Below, in pieces: positions 1 through 12,016 of a stretch of DNA of 64,000 nucleotides. Below the pieces are notes generated by a model. The model was not told where the DNA came from, searched no databases, and worked only from the letters and a program-made list of their open reading frames with translations. Source of the DNA: Somniosus microcephalus (lineage: Eukaryota); assembly GCA_052327205.1 (NCBI GenBank), contig CM126216.1, positions 60,264,001 to 60,328,000 of the forward strand, given 5' to 3'. Numbering within the stretch: the stretch's first letter is position 1; every line of letters starts with the position of its first letter. The translations under genes were made by a program, and so were the position numbers.

Positions 1-1772
1 TCTGAGTGACTGACTGTCAGCTGCAATTACTGCACACGGTCATTTTAGTCAGCATGTGATGAATTGTAGCAAAAATGAAAAAGGAAATGAAGCGAGAATA
101 AGAACATTCGGGAGAACCTCTGAACAACCAGGACTATTTGCTGCTCTCAGGGCATCTGGTTAACTAGATGCAAACAGTGAAAGGGTTAAGCATGCAGCGC
201 AATCTCTATATTCTGGTTCTGAATTCGGACACTGTTTGGCCATTGTTCATGACCGGGAGGACCGTGGCTATCTGCCATATTCACGTCAGAGCAACAGGAA
301 GTTAGAGTGCCCTGTGAAGGTCAAAGGTAACATTAATAGGCCATTTTACTTCATATTTTGGGTTGACATGAAACGGCTTCAACTTTGGTTGACATAAAGG
401 CCGGCAATGTTTTCAAACGGCGTAACCGGCAAGTTACACCAAAATTTCCATTACTTTCTATGCTGTTCTTGCTGATTGGTATTAAGCCAAAATTTCCCGA
501 GAATCTCAGTGTAAACAATCGGTTTTTTTTTCTTTTTGTCCTGAGGAAAGCACGGAACTTACACCATATTCCTTCTTCAGGTCCCTCTTTACATAAGAAA
601 ATGAAAGTTTAGAGGCATCAAACCATCATTTATGCACATTAGGCAGAGCCTGTTTAAGAAAATACAATTGTGGAAGCTTTTCAATTTTTAATGTGACTCA
701 TTCTGGTGCCATAAAAATGCATTCAAAGATACAGAGACTGCAGAGCAGGTCACAGTGAAATTTAAAAATCGCCATAAAAGACCAGAAATATGACACCTAA
801 AATTTTGGACATAAATTTACAGCCCATTCAGAACTGGCATAAATGCAGGAATTCGCATTCTCTGGTCTTTTGCATGGGGAGCCGAAGCTTTGCTACTGAG
901 CGGCAGAGATTTTGCTGAAGATTGCAAAAGATTGAGGAAAGTCAGGTGTGGCGTAAAAACCGGCATAAATCACTTATACATGAATTTCCTCGACCCTTTA
1001 CGCTGTAAATTGGCATTGCGCCATAACCACCCTGTTTCAGGAAATTCCACGCTAAAGTGTGTAGTACAAACTCTCGTAGGTAGTCACTCAAAACACATTC
1101 AGGTGAACAATGTGAAAAATTGCCTCAGGGAGGTAGTATCACACCACTTTGGCTTTCTGTATAACTGCAACCAGTGGGAAACTAAAGTTAAAATGCTCCC
1201 AGAGGGTAGAGCTGGCTGCCTGAGAACATTTCAATTTCAATTTTCCCCTTTTTAATTTTAGCTAAGAGCTGCTCCATTACATTAAAATATAACGGCCGCA
1301 AAATTCGGCCTCATAGCGCCCGGTGTTTGGGCGACTCGGGGCCAAAATGGCATGTGCACACTTCTCGTGTGGGTCGCGCCGGACGCCATCTTGGGTAGGG
1401 TGTTAGCACAGGCGCAGGGAGCGTGTGCCAGAAGTATGCAGAGTAGGCAGATCATGACATCAATCAGCATGCAACGCTGATTTGACGCCAGCACTGCCAT
1501 TTTGGAGCTCAACGCTCCAGCTAACGGCCTCACCTAAAGAGACACAGCTGAACACGCGGGAAGGACTCCCCACCAGCGCTATTTAAAGGGATCATCACCA
1601 ACTTGCAGGTTAGTTGCTGATTGATTTCTACTGGCTGTTGCTGAGTTTGTAGAAGTGTTTGGTGGTTTGTACAGTTATTTCAAGTTGCTGAAGTCTACAG
1701 GGAGTGGTGTGGCTGGAGCTGAAGGACTTTGTCCTGACTTCAAGGCTTCTGCACAGACCACTTGTTCCAAGA

Positions 1773-2398
1773 TATGGGTGCAGTAGTAGACATTCCACTC
1801 GGCCTACAGCAAGGCAGGGAGAATGTGCAGAGGCGACATAGAGCAGGACAAGCTGCTGGCAGAGGGAAGAGGGGGAAGAATGTCTCTCAGCAGGAGGCCA
1901 TATTCTGCTCAGGGTGCTCAAGGAGCAATACTCCGACCTGAATCTCAGTGAGGAACAATGTGCTTCACCAGGGACGTCCTCACTGAAATCTGGCACCTGC
2001 TGCAGCCGCAACTGCAACCTCAGAGCAGGGTGAGGACCGCACTGCCAGTGGATGTGAAGGTCACGGTGGCCATGAACTTTTATGCGTCAGGCTCCTTCCA
2101 GGCTGGAGCAGGAGCTATGTGCAGCATCTTCCAGTTTACCGTGCACTGTTGTATAACTGAAGCTCTGTCTTCCAAGAGAGCTGAATACATTTCCTTCTCT
2201 CTGGCCAGATAGCCGCAAGCAGAACGAGAGCACAGCTTTGCGAGGATTGCAGGCTTCCCCATGGTGCAGGGTGCCATCGACCGCATGCACGTTGCTTTGC
2301 GGGCGTCTCATCTTGACTCTGAGATATACCGCAACCAAAAGGGATTCTATTCCCTCCATGTCCAGCTGGTGTGCGACCATACTCAGCGAATCAAGCAG
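1773..2398 (+). pseudogene. Harbinger (HARBI1-like DDE) transposase, N-terminal part
   Basis: Fragments ALPVDVKVTVAMNFYASGSFQ, VQGAIDRMH (GxIDxTH motif, first catalytic Asp) and YRNQKGFYSLHVQLVCD; contains stops and frameshifts. Start coordinate approximate. Confidence 0.85.
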
Positions 2399-4962
2399 AA
2401 AGGAGGGAGAGAGAAAACGGGGAACTACAGACCTGTTAGCCTCACATCAGTAGTTGGGAAAATGCTGGAATCTATTATAAAGGATGCAATAACTGGGCAC
2501 TTAGAAACTAATAGTAAGATTGGGCAGAGTCAACATGGATTTATGAAAGGGAAATCCTGTTTGACAAACCTATTGGAATTCTTTGAGGATGTAACTAGTG
2601 GAGTAGACAAAGGGGAACTGGTAGATGTCGTGTATTTGGATTTTCAGAAGGCCTTCGATAAGGTCCCACACAAAAGGTTGGTGAACAAAATTAGGTACAT
2701 GGAATTGGGCGTAATATACTAGCATTGGTTAACAGACAGAAAACAAAGAGTAGGGATAAACAGGTCTTTTTCAGGCTGTGACTAGTGGGGTACTGCAAGG
2801 ATTGGTGCTTGGGCCCCAGCTATTCACAATCTATATCAATGATTTGGATGAGGGGACTAAATGTAACATTTCCAAATTTGCTGATGACACAAAGCTAGGT
2901 GGCAGTGTCAGTTGTGAAGAGGATGTGAAGAGACTTCAAGGGGATCTCGACAGGCTCAGTGAGTGGGCGAGAACATGGCAGATGGAATATAATGTGGATA
3001 AATGTGAAGTTATCCACTTTGGTAGAAAAAACAGAAAGGCAGAGTATTTCCTAAATGGTGAAAGATTGGGGAATGCAGATGCTCAAAGGGACCTGGGTGT
3101 CCTTGTACATGAGTCACTGAAAGTGAATGTGCAGGTGCAGCAAGTCATTAGGAAGGCAAATGGTATGCTGGTCTTCATTATAAGAGGATTTGAGTACAGG
3201 AGTAAAGAAGTCTTACTCCAATTATATAGGGCCTTGGTGAGACCACACCTGGAGTACTGTGGTTCATTCTCAGACTGGCAATCAGTAACTAGTGGTGTTC
3301 CACAGGGGTCAGTGCTGGGTCCCCAACTCTTTACAATCTATATTAACGATTTGGAGGAGGGGACCGAGTGTAACATATCAAAGTTTGCAGATGATACTAA
3401 GATGGGAGGGAAAGTAGTGAGTGAGGAGGACATAAAAAACCTGCAAGGGGACATAGACAGGCTAAGTAAGTGGGCAGAGATTTGGCAGATGGAATACAAT
3501 ACTGGCAAGTGTGAGGTTATGCACTTTGGCAGGAAAAATCGTAGAGCAAGTTATTATCTTAATGGCAAGAAACTGGAAAGTACTGAAGTACAAAGGGATC
3601 TGGGGGTCCTGGTGCACGAAATTCAAAAGGTTAGTATGCAGGTGCAGCAAGTGATTAAGAAGGCCAATGGAATGTTGGCTTTCATTGCTAGGGGGGTAGA
3701 ATATAAAAATAGGGAGGTATTGCTTCAGTTGTACAAGGTATTGGTGAGACCGCACCTGGAATACTGCGTACAGTTTTGGTGTCCATACTTAAGAAAGGAC
3801 ATACTTGCTCTCGAGTCAGTACAAAGAAGGTTCACTCGGTTAATCCCGGGGATGAGGGGATGGACATATGAGGAGTGGTTGAGTAGATTGGGACTCTACT
3901 CATTGGAGTTCAGAAGAATGAGAGGCGATCTTATTGAAACATATAAGATTGTGAAGGGGTTGGATCGGGTGGATGCGGGGAGGATGTTCCCGATGATGGG
4001 TGAAACTAGAACTAGGGGGCATAGTCTTAGAATAAGGGGCTGCTCTTTCAAAACTGAGATGAGGAGGAACTACTTCACTCAGAGGGTGGCAGGTCCATGG
4101 AATATGCTGCCCCAAAAAGCTGTAGAAGCTACATCATTACATAAATTTAAAACAGAAATAGACAGTTTCCTAGAAGTAAAGGGAATAAAGGGTTATGGGG
4201 AACGGGCAGGAATTTGGACATGAGTCTAAGTTCGGATCGGTCATGGCCCTGTGGGTAGCGGAGCGGGCCCAGGGGCCGTGTAGCCTGATCCTGCTCCTAT
4301 TTCGTGTGTCTAATTCTGTTAGATTCAGGAGATGGTTTTGTGATAGTGGATTGGCGGTTAGGATCAGGTCAGCCATGACCTTATTGAATGGCGGAGCAGG
4401 CTCGAGGGGCCAATTGGCCTACTCCTGCTCCTATTTCTTATGTTCTTACCTAAGGAAGGATATACTTGCCATAGAGGGAGTGCAACGAAGGTTCACGAGA
4501 TTGATTCCTGGGATGGCGGGACTGTCGTATGAGAAGAGATTGAGTAAACTAGGCCTGTATTCTCTTGAATTCAGAAGAATGAGAGGGGATCTCATTGAAG
4601 CATGCAAAATTATTACAGGGCTTGATAGGGTGGATGCTGGGAGAATGTTTCCCTTGGCTGGGGAGTCTAGAACCAGGGGCCACAGCCTCAGGATAAAGGG
4701 TAGGCCATTCAGGACTGAGATGAGAAGAAATTTCTTCACATAGAGGGTGGTGAATCTTTGGAATTCTCTACCCCAGAGGGCTGTGGAAGCTCAGTCATTG
4801 AGTATATTCAAAACAGAAGTCGATAGATTTCTGACTAGTAAGGGCATCAACGGATATGGCGATAAGGCCGGTGAATGGAATTGAGGCAGAAGATCAGCCA
4901 TGATCTCATTGAATGGTGGAGCAGGCTCGAAGGGCCAAATGGCCTACTCCTTATGTTCTTAT
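2399..4962 (+). mobile_element. CR1 LINE (outer copy), 5'-truncated, inserted in the Harbinger transposase
   Basis: RT motifs NYRPVSLTS, QHGF, YLDFQKAFDKVPH, KFADD, RPHLEYC; C-terminus TRGHSLRI; CR1 3' UTR ending TTATGTTCTTAT. Outer segments are about 2399-3260 and 4449-4962. Confidence 0.92.
3261..4448 (+). mobile_element. CR1 LINE (inner copy), 5'-truncated, nested in the outer CR1
   Basis: Restarts at GSFSDWQSVTSGVPQGSVLGP, second KFADD, frame open to the stop at 4223, own 3' UTR and TTCTTATGTTCTTA tail. Confidence 0.92.
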
Positions 4963-5400
4963 GTCAATGCCTGGCATTCTGGCAGTACTCACGATGGCTT
5001 CATTCTGCGGCAGTCTACTGTCCCATCTGTATTTGAGCTACCACGACAAACCAGAGGGTGGCTACTGGGAGACAAGGGCTACCCATTAACAACATGGCTC
5101 ATGAATCCGGTGTGCTTGAAAACCATGCTGCCATGCAAAACATCATCAAGCAAGCCATTGGCATGCGAAAGCAACGCTTCCATTGCCTGGACCACTCTGG
5201 AGGAACCCTGCAGTCAGCAGAGTGGGTGTTGAGATTCGTGGTGGTCTGCTGCATGTTGCACAACCTTACCATCATGAGGGCACAGCCCTTGCCACCAGCC
5301 ATATGGCGACCACCTGAGGAGCAGGAAGAGGAAGGGAGGAGGCATCCCAGACAGTCCCTTTCTGGCCGGGCTATCTGTGACCGACTCATACCAGTAAATG
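4963..5400 (+). pseudogene. Harbinger transposase, C-terminal part
   Basis: [18 protein letters not shown]...[11 protein letters not shown] (second Asp), then [17 protein letters not shown] (expected catalytic Glu is Lys) and VVVCCMLHN; AATAAA at 5490-5495. Confidence 0.85.
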
Positions 5401-5579
5401 CTACCCCAATTCCACATTCACCAACGGTCTCACACCTTTCCATTCCTTTGTCACTGACCATCACAGCGTCCACTTGGTCACAATGTAAAAATAAAAGCTG
5501 ACGCAGAATACACATTCCAAACTAAATTTATAAATCAAAGCATGCGATATTGCATACAAACGTCAACTAATCACCCTTT

Positions 5580-6841
5580 TTCATTTCCTTAGTGCCTGCC
5601 TTCCTTGTGCATTTGCCTGTCTTAGTGCTCCTACGCAGTGCCACCCCAATGGCTGCAGCATGGCTGATGGAAGACTGCTGACTTTCAGTGGAGGAGAATG
5701 CAGATGGCCTTGGAGGGTGACCTCAAGCAGCTCTGGGCCTAGAAGGCTTGACTTTGGACTGCGCCATCTTGGCATGGGCGGCAGCAGTCTGGGCTGGCTG
5801 GCTGACAGGCAACAGCAAGGGCACTGGTGGAATGGTAGGGGTGGAAGGATGAATGCTGTCCTCCTGAGAGAGGACAGCAGGTACGTGCTCCACAGAGCCA
5901 CTGCCACTCCCCCAGGGTGGTGCCACAGCATTCCTTGTAATCTGTTGGAGGACAGATTGCTGGACTGCTGTGACACCCTGCAAGCCACTTTGAACACTTG
6001 TAAGTGCCGCCACGATGGCATCAGTCTGAGCTTGCGTGGAAGAAGTGTGAGCTTCCACTGTATCACCCAGATGTTGAGTGGCTTCTGCTTGTGTTGCTAT
6101 GGTAGCTCAGACATCGGCCATCAGACGCTGCATCCTATTTGGGTCTGCAAGTGTGCTAATGGAGTTGGCCATCACTTCCATGCTGGAAAGGATGGACTCC
6201 AAGTTCTGCGCATAGGTCTGTGCCAACTTAGTGCTGGACTCCTCCATGCTCCTTGATTTTGCACACAGGCTTTCTGGCAGGCCTGCCAATGCACCAAGCA
6301 TTTCATTGTGCATACCATCAGCCTTTTTCTGTAGCCTGCCCCATCAAAGTGCTCATCTGAGTCCTCTGCAGCAGAACACGCATGCAACTGCACCCTCTAG
6401 GGAGCTGGCACCTGTGCTACCCTTTCCCCCTGCCCTGGCTGCAGGCCATTTGTGCCCGGTGTCTCAACACGTGCAAATCCTGCATCTAAACTAGCCTCTA
6501 AATATGTGGAGTGTCAGTATCTGAGCTTGTGGCTGTGAGTGTGAAATTGAGTGATGGTGCTGTGTCTTTAGCATTACTGTCTTCTTCCTCTTTCAGTTCT
6601 TTCTCCTCCACCACTGCCTGATCAGGCTGCAGTTCTTGGCTATCTGAAAGGAGAAAGGGCACAAGGGTAGGGTGAGGTTGTGGGAGGGGGGGGGCGGATG
6701 GTGAAAGCAAGAGTTACATGCTTACACCATCTGCAGCTTGTAAATCAGAAGAGACCTGTCTCTCCTGTTCACCTCCTCCACAATGGCCTCCAGTGCAGCG
6801 TCTGAGAACCTTGTAGCATGCTCTCTGCCCTGTTGCATCAT
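5580..6841 (-). pseudogene. Harbinger second gene (Myb/SANT-like DNA-binding protein), decayed and internally deleted
   Basis: Minus-strand ATG at 6841 gives MMQQGREHATRFSDAALEAIVEEVNRRD, like the first helix of Myb/SANT-like domains. Acidic and coiled-coil-like fragments follow (ORFs 6107-6313, 5723-6058). Convergent to the transposase; possible GT-AG intron 6725-6644. Confidence 0.7.
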
Positions 6842-7634
6842 AACTCAATGTTCTTCTTGCTCACACTCACTTCTCCAGCCACTCCCAGCACCTGCTTCAC
6901 CCAGAATGCACCTCCCCTTTAAGAGGTGCAGGCTGCCTTTAAGTTGTGCAGGCTAGTTTTAAGAGGTGTTAGCCTTGCACAAATTTGGGTCCCCTGCTGA
7001 GAAGCTGAGCCACTGAAACAGTGCATTTCGTGCTTCCTCACCGCTACAATAATTTTAATTAGCAGGCAGCACAAAGTTTGCGTGCTGCCTGTAACAGTCT
7101 CAACGGGCGCGGGCTAATCGCGCATCATGATACCTACGTCTGTTTTCAAGGGCTATCGAATTTAACCCCCAACCACTATTCAGACACCAATGAGCCAAAG
7201 TTTGGTTTCCTGGCTGGAGAGTGGTGAACAGGTGGCAGTATGGTAAAGTGAGAGCAGTAAGAGCTGTGCATGAACTCGGCACTAACCTTCTCCTATCCCA
7301 TAGGAAGATCTTCTCTGGAGGACCAGGCGTATAAAAAATGTTAAAAAAATTACTTCTTAAAAATACAAAATTCTTTCTTGTTCTTGTTTTCTCTGCATGT
7401 CACTGTCACTTTATTTATGAAGTTTTTTTCTCACCAACTTTCTCCCCTTCTCTCTTCAAGGGGTTGACTCATTGCTGGGCTATTGCACTCAGACACCTGT
7501 ATGCCATGGTACTTTGCTCAAGAAACCCACCTCTTCAACCAAGTTTTTAGTCACCCCCTCCTAATCCTTCCCTCCCTGGCTTGGCACCCATTTGCTTTTT
7601 TCCTATTTGCGAAGTGGCTTTGGATGTTTATTTC

Positions 7635-8188
7635 GGACCGACTTTAACCCTGGCTGCTTGGCGGAAACCGGGCAAGTGGGCAGTTAACATGGTCCGTGGG
7701 ACTTAGCTGTGGGTTCACATCTAAATCTGCTTTTTCTGAGCAGGTCAAAGTGACACCTGCCGGAAGTCTGCAGGGCCCTTCTTTAGATATGCAGATCGGG
7801 CTCTGTTCAGGGCCCAACTGTCATTTTATCCAGAGGCCTACGCAGGGAAGCCATTATGGAAGTCAAAGCAACAAAAAAGGCTTGCCTTGTTGGGCGTCTT
7901 CTGGCCCTGTCTCCTCTCCCCGCTAGATTGGTCTGGAGCCACAGCGGTGTCCCTGAGCAAACCTCTGGTTGAATTAGCAGCCGGGCACCGATGGTGTCAT
8001 ATTTAAATTAGTCACCCTCATCTGTTTCCAGTGTGGGGGGGGGGGGGCGGAGGGGTATCACTCCTGCCTACTCAGAAGAGCAGATTAAAATCAGAACCCG
8101 CAGGATCGATGCAGGTTGTCGGCTCCCCATGACCCCCCGACACCCGCCCCCCCCCCCCCACCCGAGAGGGCAGGGTTAAAATCGTCCC
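7635..8188. mobile_element. Non-autonomous Harbinger-type element/MITE
   Basis: Inverted ends GGACCGACTTTAACCCT ... AGGGTTAAAATCGTCCC; GC-rich non-coding interior. Confidence 0.55.
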
Positions 8189-8954
8189 TCTGCTTTATTC
8201 CACGGGTGTCCAGCCCATGTAGAATGAAATACGATCTTTAGTTGAAGTCTGGAAGGAGGTACCCTGCTGTCAACAGTTAAGTGTTATTTCACACATGTCA
8301 GTAATCATTTCTGATTATCACACTGTGAAATATCAGTCCTGTGAGCAGTGAAATTACCATACACACCCATCGAGTAAAATGTACTATAAAACTCGGGCAA
8401 TAAAACTCGAGGTGACTGCTGGAAGCCCATCCGTTGATATTAACCAAGGTTTTGACCATATTATTCTTCATTTTTGGTGAGATTCCCGAAATTGAGAAAT
8501 GTCGCTCTGTTTTGGGATAAAAACCAAATGTAACGGAACTGGGGTACATTAAAAGAGACAGCGAATGAGGTTTCATTTTAGTGAAACATTAAGAAAGATT
8601 TAAGATGAGCATCCCTATCATGGCTCATATTTTATACCCTCTTCAAAAATTTATGTGCTTCCATTTTGTATTTTTCACTATTTTAAGCCCACTCCCCCCA
8701 TCCAATGCAATTTTCATTCTGGGCTATAATCCCACAGGCATCAGCTGCGCGCCACTACCTCATCCAAGTGATCATTTTTCACATCTGAACCCAAATAGTG
8801 AGTAACAGCCAACTATTCCACCATGGGGGCAGCACAGCTGAGCTTGATCCAACCCTTGAACTGACATCGATACACAAGCACTTCATCCAGGGGGAGTTAC
8901 TGGATAGCAATCAGGAACAGGAACCCCGGTTGATTCTCCTCTCCTGGGAGACCG

Positions 8955-9570
8955 CCTAGCTCTTCTTTGGAAAATGTGCCACGGAATCTTTTACATCCAC
9001 CTTTACAGGCAGATAGGACATCTCACCCAAAAGACAGCACTTCCAACAGTGCAGCACTCCCTCATTATAGAAACATAGAAACATAGAAGATAGGAGCAGG
9101 AGTAGGCCATTCGGCCCCTCAAGCCTGCTCCGCCATTCCATGAGATCATGGCTGATCATCCAAACTCAGTACCCTGTTCCTGCCTTCTCCCCATATCCCT
9201 TGATCCCTTTAGCCTTAAGAAATATATCTAACTCCTTCTTGAATATATTTAATGAATTGGCCTCAACTGCCTTCTGTGGTAGAGAATTCCACAGGTTCAC
9301 CACTCTCTGGGTGAAGACATTCCTCCTCATCTCTGTCTAAATGGCTTACCCCTTATCCTTAGACTGTGACCCCTAGTTCTGGACTCCCCGACCATCGGGA
9401 ACATCCTTCCTGCATCTAGTCTGTCTAGTCCTGTTAGAATTTTGTAAGTTTCAATGAGTTCCCCTCTCATTCTGCTAATTATTATTATGGCATTTAAGTA
9501 CCAGCCTAGATTCCATGCTCATGCCCTGAAGTGAGACTTGTACCCATTTTATCTAAATCAGAGATCAGAG
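8955..9570 (-). mobile_element. Old DeuSINE (SacSINE1-like) copy split by a CR1 fragment
   Basis: 8955-9067 and about 9488-9570 match successive parts of the reverse complement of the SINE at 20826-21265. Confidence 0.65.
9068..9478 (-). mobile_element. CR1 3' fragment
   Basis: (ATAGAAAC)n tail, reverse-complement CR1 3' UTR (GGAGCAGGAGTAGGCCATTCGGCCCCTC) and the end of ORF2. Confidence 0.9.
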
Positions 9571-12016
9571 TGCTATTTTTAAATCTATTTTACTGGCAAT
9601 GTTCTTCTAGTGTATCCTGCAAAATGACAAAAGGGGACTCAGGATTGGAAAGGTGACTGAAAAAGACCGTAACCCAGACTTGCAGCAATGAGGTACAGGT
9701 TGATAGTAGAGGTGGAATTTTGCTGGGCACAACATTTATTTCTGGCGTGTCAAGGGTCAGTCCAGCAGGTTGCATGCCAGCAGATGAAACAGCTGTTGGA
9801 ACATACTGGAAAGGATTAGTGCATGGCAGCAGGAGCTGGATTTCTCCTCCTCCCCCACCTCCTGACGTCTGGGCAACAGTAGGTCAGAAAACCTAGCTTA
9901 GGCCCTACAGCTACCATCACTGTGTGGCAAAGAGCATGGAGCTCTCACTGCTGTTTAGGCGATTAGAGCTCTGAAGCAGTAATACTGCTGAATTAATGCT
10001 TGGGTGCTTGCTGCAAGGAATCATGGGGGCAGATTGAAAGTGGGCAACAAAATAAAACCGCTGAGAGACTACAATTTGTTGTTGTCGTTTGAGCTTACTG
10101 TGTCCAAAGGGGTTGTATTTAATTAACAATGGCTCAAGGCCTGACCTTCGAGGTGACTTGAAGTGATTGGACTGCGTTTTCAAATCGACTGGGAGCATGA
10201 AACCAAAATTAAAAGGCATCTGGTAACTCGCCTCTTCCTAACTAAGCTGGGCTTCAATGGCCCATTAAATGCTCAGTTGGACAAAGGGTATTAGTCCAGC
10301 CATTCAATTGTATCGTGCTTGCTTTTCAAAATATATTGCAAAAAAAAAACACATTTCAGTGTCGTACAAGAAAAAGAGCTTAACATCGTATTCTCAGCAG
10401 AGTTACCTCTGTCTGTAGGAGAGAGAAGAGAAAAAAAGAAAATGAAATCAAGTGAGTCAAAACAGTGGAGTCAGTGTGGATTTGCTGTTCCCCCTCCAGT
10501 CAGCCACTTCACCAGGGGAATAGCTGTTTGCAGCTTTGAGCTCTAGTGCACGCAGAAGAAAAAAGGCTCTTTTCATCACTGTTGCTTTGTTCCTTGTGGT
10601 CAGCCTTTGGCCTTGCCTTTGTTCAATACTGACATGGTAAAAACAGTGCTATTTCCCAAGGGGGAGTGGGGCAATACCTACTGGCTGTAAGGCTGGCTTT
10701 CAGACTGACTCAAATTAAAAAAAAACGAAACAAGAGATATAAAAATATCCAGCATGAGTATGTGCATGTGTGTTGTTTTCTTTTTTCCACCCTGCCTTTA
10801 TAATCATTCTCTGCATGTGATTTCTGTTAAGTTTCAATGAAGGAATGTGCAAACATTGTTAATCTGGCCAGCAGTGCTGGAGAAACTGTCCAGGATGCTT
10901 TAATTCAGTGTGTTTACTTGTTTCCCCTGCCCCCACCCCACTTCTCTTCATGCTGGAGACCTGGTTGTGCAATGATAATGTTGAAAGGGGGTGTTGTTTC
11001 CATATTGAGGAAGTTTTGGGCAGGTGTGATTCTCAGAACAGCCCCGCTCTGAAAATATATTTGACGTCCGTCATGTTGTCTATGGTGGGCGGAACTGTTC
11101 TGTAGCAGATGCTACGTTTCCTGCAGCATGAATTTCCATGACTTTTTTTTAAAGCACATTTTGATGTTAGTTATAAAATTAAAACTGTAGGTGGCTGAAA
11201 AAATATCAGTGGCAGACGTGTCCAATGGTTTGATGATGTCATCGCCTCGCCATTTCCAGCACATAGTTTTTGGTTTGCAGAGCTGATGAACTGTCTCACT
11301 AGAAACTTTACCAGACAACAATGCATCTTTATTATATAATTACAGCCTTAATAGCATACAATGAGACAAATTAGTGCACTAGATACCATCAGGTCATCTT
11401 AATTAGTCTTACTCATGCGACAGCACAAGTCAACAAATATTAGGCATGCAAAAATGTCAAAGGATATCAGCAAATCTGACTGGAAAATTCTACTGCATTA
11501 TTAGTATTGCTTGTTAATTGAACTGTGCATGGAAAAAAAGTACAACAGCAGTTACCCACTCTGTGATGTTTGATGGCTGTGTGTGGTCAGGATTCTTTAC
11601 AACCATAAGAATTATTTGCACAGTGCTAATACCCATCTTCCTGGGTGTAGCGTGTCTCCAAAGTTGGTGTGCAAATTTTTTTCAAAGATCGCCTCACTGC
11701 GTCGCGTGCATACATTTGGTTCAAGTCACAATTCACCGCCTGCTTTTTTGCATAGCACCTTTTGATGCCTTGATCTCAGACTCAGGTATCCTAGTATGGC
11801 ACTTTGTATGAGCGCTTGTACCAATTGTAAAGCTTAACAGCGTCACCAGTCAAGCCTAAGTGTATTGGGTGTCCGTATCTCGCAAGAAAAAGCCACCAAC
11901 TCCAGCTGTTGTGCAGCTGCATAGCGAGCTCATTGCCTGTTCTTACATTCCACCTAATGTGAACCTGATTTCACCATGGAAATATTGGAGATGTGTTTTT
12001 ATTCTAAAGGGATAGT

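Larger units (their letters stand above)
1294..7170 (+). mobile_element. PIF/Harbinger DNA transposon, formerly autonomous two-gene type, decayed and interrupted by CR1
   Basis: 3-bp AAC duplication (1291-1293, 7171-7173); imperfect TIRs GGCCGCAAAATTCG versus GGGGGTTAAATTCG (reverse complement of the right end); transposase relic on + and Myb/SANT relic on -. Confidence 0.88.

Noticed and set aside
380-1052. Possible further non-autonomous DNA element with a GC-AT-GC layout
   Set aside because: The right end resembles a Harbinger terminus (GGAAATTCCACGC), but I could not define a left TIR or TSD.
1773-5400. Domesticated HARBI1 host gene
   Set aside because: Stops, frameshifts, loss of the third catalytic residue, a LINE interruption, and flanking TIRs/TSD indicate a dead transposon.
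5660-6256. 198-aa plus-strand ORF
   Set aside because: It is the antisense shadow of the Harbinger Myb/SANT gene relic.
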